Below are positions 34,826 through 37,829 of a stretch of 37,829 bases of DNA, one piece after another. The stretch lies in contig BJHB01000002.1 in the NCBI GenBank assembly GCA_014191415.1, positions 1 to 37,829 of the forward strand, in the 5' to 3' direction. The notes beneath the pieces were generated by a model. It worked only from the letters and a program-made list of their open reading frames with translations. It searched no databases and was not told where the DNA came from. This DNA comes from Chloroflexota bacterium (lineage in GTDB: Bacteria; Chloroflexota; UBA11872; UBA12225). A program made the translations under genes and the position numbers. Every line of letters begins with the position of its first letter. The first letter of the stretch is position 1.

Positions 34826-35410
34826 TTGCGTCCTGCTAGACCTCGTTGGCACGCGAGGCAGGACTGGAACAACGATGGCAATCCCACCCCGCTTGATGGC
34901 TGGCCGACTAAGGGCGGTGCCGTGTTCATCATCGGCATGCACGTTCATGACTGGGCGCGCCCTACCGATTGGCTTCCGCCCTTTTTGGCCATGCCGCGGA
35001 TGATTCGTGAGTTGGAACGAAACCGAGTTCTCGGCTTGGTCTCGGCCCGATATTGCCTTTGGGGTCGCACCATTGCCGTCGTGCAGTGCTGGAAGTCATT
35101 CGAACACCTGGAACGGTACGCGCGGAACGACGATTACGAGCATCGTCCTGTGTGGCTTGAGTTCTATCGCGCCGCATCGAAGTCGGGTTCAACCGTCGGC
35201 ATCTTTCATGAGACATATGTGGTCGCTCCGGGTGCGACCGCGTCGCTGTACTTCAACATGCCCCCGGACTTCGGTCTCACGGGAGTCACCGGCGCCATCC
35301 CGGTGACGCAAGGCGGGAGACCGCGCGCGAACGCCTGCATGAGTCTGGTGAACCCGGCCCGCCGGCATGACCGCATGCGCTCACTTGGTGGGTACCATTC
35401 CGTGCCGTGA
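34826..35410 (+). CDS. DUF4188 domain protein
   Basis: AVFIIGMHVH...WLPPFLAMPRMIRELE...VVQCWKSFEHLERYA...HRPVWLEFY...VGIFHETYVV matches the DUF4188 pattern. Only a TTG start (34826) is available in frame, so the start is uncertain. Confidence 0.7.
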   Translation: MRPARPRWHARQDWNNDGNPTPLDGWPTKGGAVFIIGMHVHDWARPTDWLPPFLAMPRMIRELERNRVLGLVSARYCLWGRTIAVVQCWKSFEHLERYARNDDYEHRPVWLEFYRAASKSGSTVGIFHETYVVAPGATASLYFNMPPDFGLTGVTGAIPVTQGGRPRANACMSLVNPARRHDRMRSLGGYHSVP

Positions 35411-35467
35411 CGTGAGCGCGGGAGTGGAACCGGTGGTTTTTCGCGCGACCGTGTAGTGTTTCGGTCA

Positions 35468-36439
35468 ATGCCTATCTTCCTTGACCCGGCCGTTCTCTTC
35501 TTTGTTGTGGGGTTGTTTGCCGGGTTGGTTCGGTCCAATCTCCAGATCCCCGACCAAGTCAGTCGGTTCCTGTCGCTTTACCTGCTGATGGCTCTCGGAC
35601 TCAAGGGCGGTTTCGCCATCCGGGCGAGTGGCATCGACCAGACGGTCATCGTCAGTCTCGGGCTAGCCGTGGCAATGGCGATTGCGGTTCCCATCGTCGG
35701 CTATCTGGCGCTGCGGCGAGTGATCGGACAATTCGAAGCAATCGGCGTGGCGGCCGTCTACGGTTCGGTCAGTGCGGTCACCTTCATCGCCGCAACGCAG
35801 TACCTCGACCAGGCGGGTGTCCCTTACGGCGGGCACATGGCGGCGGCGATGGCATTCATGGAATCCCCGGCACTCGTGATCGCCCTCATGCTTGCCCATC
35901 GGGCGCGACGCCTGTCCGGGACCGAAGTGGTTGGGGCAACGTGGCAGGAGGGCCTTCGGCACGCGCTGACCGATGGGTCGCAACTCGTGCTGGTCGGGGC
36001 AATGGCTGTCGGCATCCTGACGGGAGAGACCGGCCAGAGGGTGATGGCTCCGTTCTCGATCGATCTCTTCAAGGGGATGCTCAGTTTCTTCCTCCTCGAC
36101 ATGGGGACGGTGGCCGCGACGCAACTCCGCAACCTGGCCGGATCACCGGTGCAAGCCTTTGTCTACGCGTTTGCCGCCCCACCAATCCACGCGCTGATTG
36201 CGTTAGCGATTGCCCTGGCGGTCGGGCTGCCACCGGGTGAGACGATGCTGCTTATGGTGCTGTCTGCGAGTGCTTCGTACATCGCCGTTCCGGCGGCGCT
36301 GCGCCACGCCGTCCCGGAAGCGACACCGGGCCTCTACGTGGGGTTGTCGCTCGGCCTGACCTTTCCGCTGAATATCGTCCTTGGGATCCCCGTCTACGCG
36401 GCGCTCGCCCATGAGGCGGCGGGCCTGCTTGGCAGGTGA
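35468..36439 (+). CDS. SbtA-like (DUF897) sodium-dependent bicarbonate-transporter-family permease
   Basis: N-terminus PAVLFFVVGLFAGLVRSNLQIPDQVSRFLSLYLLMALGLKGGF is the family signature; about 10 TM segments. Start is ATG 35468 (GTG 35456 also possible). Confidence 0.82.
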   Translation: MPIFLDPAVLFFVVGLFAGLVRSNLQIPDQVSRFLSLYLLMALGLKGGFAIRASGIDQTVIVSLGLAVAMAIAVPIVGYLALRRVIGQFEAIGVAAVYGSVSAVTFIAATQYLDQAGVPYGGHMAAAMAFMESPALVIALMLAHRARRLSGTEVVGATWQEGLRHALTDGSQLVLVGAMAVGILTGETGQRVMAPFSIDLFKGMLSFFLLDMGTVAATQLRNLAGSPVQAFVYAFAAPPIHALIALAIALAVGLPPGETMLLMVLSASASYIAVPAALRHAVPEATPGLYVGLSLGLTFPLNIVLGIPVYAALAHEAAGLLGR

Positions 36440-36636
36440 CGTAACCGCTGTTCCTGGCGTCGTTGGCCCGCTGGGCGGCTGTTCCCGCTGGGTGAACCAT
36501 GGAGGGCATTACGAAGGTGGCCGGCGAGGGCGCCGGCGCTCCCAGGGTCACTTGCCTGATCTACTGCGCGGCCCCCCCACCCCCTACCCCTCCTTCGAAG
36601 CGACGGCAGAGGGGAGCTGCGTCGATCTCTCGAAGG

Positions 36637-37818
36637 ATGCGTCGCTTTGGGGCTATCCTGCTGGATGTGAAGACGAACGACGTACCTCCGGCAGTATCCC
36701 GGGCTACTCCGCCAGATGGCCAGTCCGTTGGACTGCGCGCTCACGACTTCCTCCAGAGGCAGGTGGCGTCAATCCGGCCACGACTGGGCTTGCCGGACCT
36801 GCTCCGGGGCGGGGTGGATCCGGGCACGGCGCTCAGGGATTGGCAGGAATCGCTGAGGGATGCCCTGTGGACCATCCTCGGCGTCGATGCAGACGCGGTC
36901 AGTCATGCCACCCCGGCTTGGGAGATCATCGATACGGTTCCCGGAGAAGGGTTCGTCAGGCACCAGATCCGGTATGAGGGGGTGCTTGGGGGTACCGGCA
37001 GTGCGTTCGTGCTGGTGCCGGGCACGATGTCCGACAGCGTAGCCCCTGGTTCCAAGGGTCTCGCCGGCATCGTGGCCTTGCACGGGCACGGGAACATGCT
37101 TGGCAAGGAACTGGTGACTGGAGTGGGTGCGGACATCAACGGCGCAATGCCGGAGGAACTTTCCGAACTGATCGATCGCTACCACTCGGACTTCGGCGCA
37201 CGATTTGCTCGACGGGGTTACGTGGTGATCACGCCGGATGCGCTTGGGTTCGGCGAACGCGTGGCAGACCGTGGGGCACAACATCATCAGGCGATGGGGC
37301 GGGTGGTTGAGTACCTCGGCTACACGCACACGGGACTGCGCCTGCTCGACGACATTCGTGCGCTGTCCATCTTGTCGGCATGGCCGGGGGTCGATGCGTC
37401 GCGGATCGGGGCGGTTGGCCTATCGGAAGGTGGCAAGCGCACCATGTTCCTGTCAGCGTTCGATGAGCGCGTGCGGACTGCGGTGGTGAGTGGCTACTTC
37501 ACGACTATCCGGCAGGAGGTCGAGGTGTGGAACCGTCTGGGCGGGTGGGATCTCTGCAACACCTTGCCGGGGCTCCTGCGCGTTGCCGATCTGCCGGAAA
37601 TCGTGGCCTTGATCGCGCCTCGCCCGCTGTTGATCCAGAATGGTCGTGGCGATCCGCTCTACACCCTGGAAGCGGTCGCTGCGGGCTTCGAAACCGTGTC
37701 GCGAGCCTATACGGCGGCGGGTGCGCCCGGTTCGGTGTCACTGGACCTGTTCGACGGTGGACACCGGTACGTTTCGGACGGACCAGAGGCATGGTTTGCC
37801 CAGTGGCTTCCGGCATGA
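36637..37818 (+). CDS. alpha/beta hydrolase (dienelactone hydrolase / acetyl-xylan-esterase-like serine hydrolase)
   Basis: ORF 36499..37818. Nucleophile elbow GLSEGG and IVALHGHG oxyanion region. ATG 36637 chosen because the upstream part is Pro/Arg-rich repeat-like sequence; start is uncertain. Confidence 0.75.
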   Translation: MRRFGAILLDVKTNDVPPAVSRATPPDGQSVGLRAHDFLQRQVASIRPRLGLPDLLRGGVDPGTALRDWQESLRDALWTILGVDADAVSHATPAWEIIDTVPGEGFVRHQIRYEGVLGGTGSAFVLVPGTMSDSVAPGSKGLAGIVALHGHGNMLGKELVTGVGADINGAMPEELSELIDRYHSDFGARFARRGYVVITPDALGFGERVADRGAQHHQAMGRVVEYLGYTHTGLRLLDDIRALSILSAWPGVDASRIGAVGLSEGGKRTMFLSAFDERVRTAVVSGYFTTIRQEVEVWNRLGGWDLCNTLPGLLRVADLPEIVALIAPRPLLIQNGRGDPLYTLEAVAAGFETVSRAYTAAGAPGSVSLDLFDGGHRYVSDGPEAWFAQWLPA

Positions 37819-37829
37819 CTGCGCCCCCT

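Noticed and set aside
34875-35003. Possible frameshift at the 5' end of the DUF4188 gene (out-of-frame ATG 34875 giving MAIPPRLMAGRLRAV)
   Set aside because: The resemblance to the family N-terminus is weak. The in-frame TTG 34826 gives an uninterrupted ORF, so there is not enough evidence to call a pseudogene.

Overview
High-GC bacterial chromosomal segment (most 60-nt lines I hand-counted are about 60-70% GC, with one island near 45-55%). I can support 31 protein-coding genes, which is nearly gap-free coding, plus a family of short extragenic repeats. I found no rRNA, tRNA, CRISPR array, transposase, integrase or recognisable defence module. Ala/Pro-rich lipoprotein linkers and gene content suggest Chloroflexota (Thermomicrobia-like) or Actinomycetota, but that is only a guess without a database search.

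Gene content, left to right:
- RecQ-like helicase 5' fragment at the window edge.
- CUT1 sugar ABC locus with two tandem binding proteins and no ATPase.
- DUF442 phosphatase-like gene, LysE exporter, and uvrC carrying a ~100-aa linker insertion.
- MFS transporter, an orphan hypothetical, and an SDR.
- Four-cistron MacAB/DevBCA-like exporter: a lipoprotein adaptor with an expanded coiled coil, a fused double-FtsX permease, and two different ATPases, one ending in an AbrB-like domain.
- DUF1080 protein, MFS transporter, PIG-L deacetylase and AIM24-family protein.
- A second, lower-GC CUT1 ABC cassette followed by a formamidase and a metallo-amidohydrolase.
- A Met/His-rich membrane protein.
- FAD oxidoreductase plus phnX (phosphonate catabolism without phnW).
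- Enolase-superfamily enzyme, DUF4188 protein, SbtA-like permease and an alpha/beta hydrolase.

The most unusual signals are these:
1. The architecture of the exporter operon. All three of its intercistronic gaps are spanned by small ORFs that are start/stop-coupled to the flanking genes. One of these gaps arose by tandem duplication of the ATPase1/ATPase2 junction.
2. A C-rich extragenic repeat of about 36-39 nt (core CCCCATCGCCCCTGAT ... GCTTCGCT). It occurs as tandem arrays at two loci and as single or degenerate copies in many other spacers.

I do not see a clear-cut new defence or mobile system. The items above are leads, not demonstrated systems. The ORF track uses GTG/TTG starts and longest-ORF coordinates. 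Where homology to the family N-terminus allowed, I give shorter, more likely starts.
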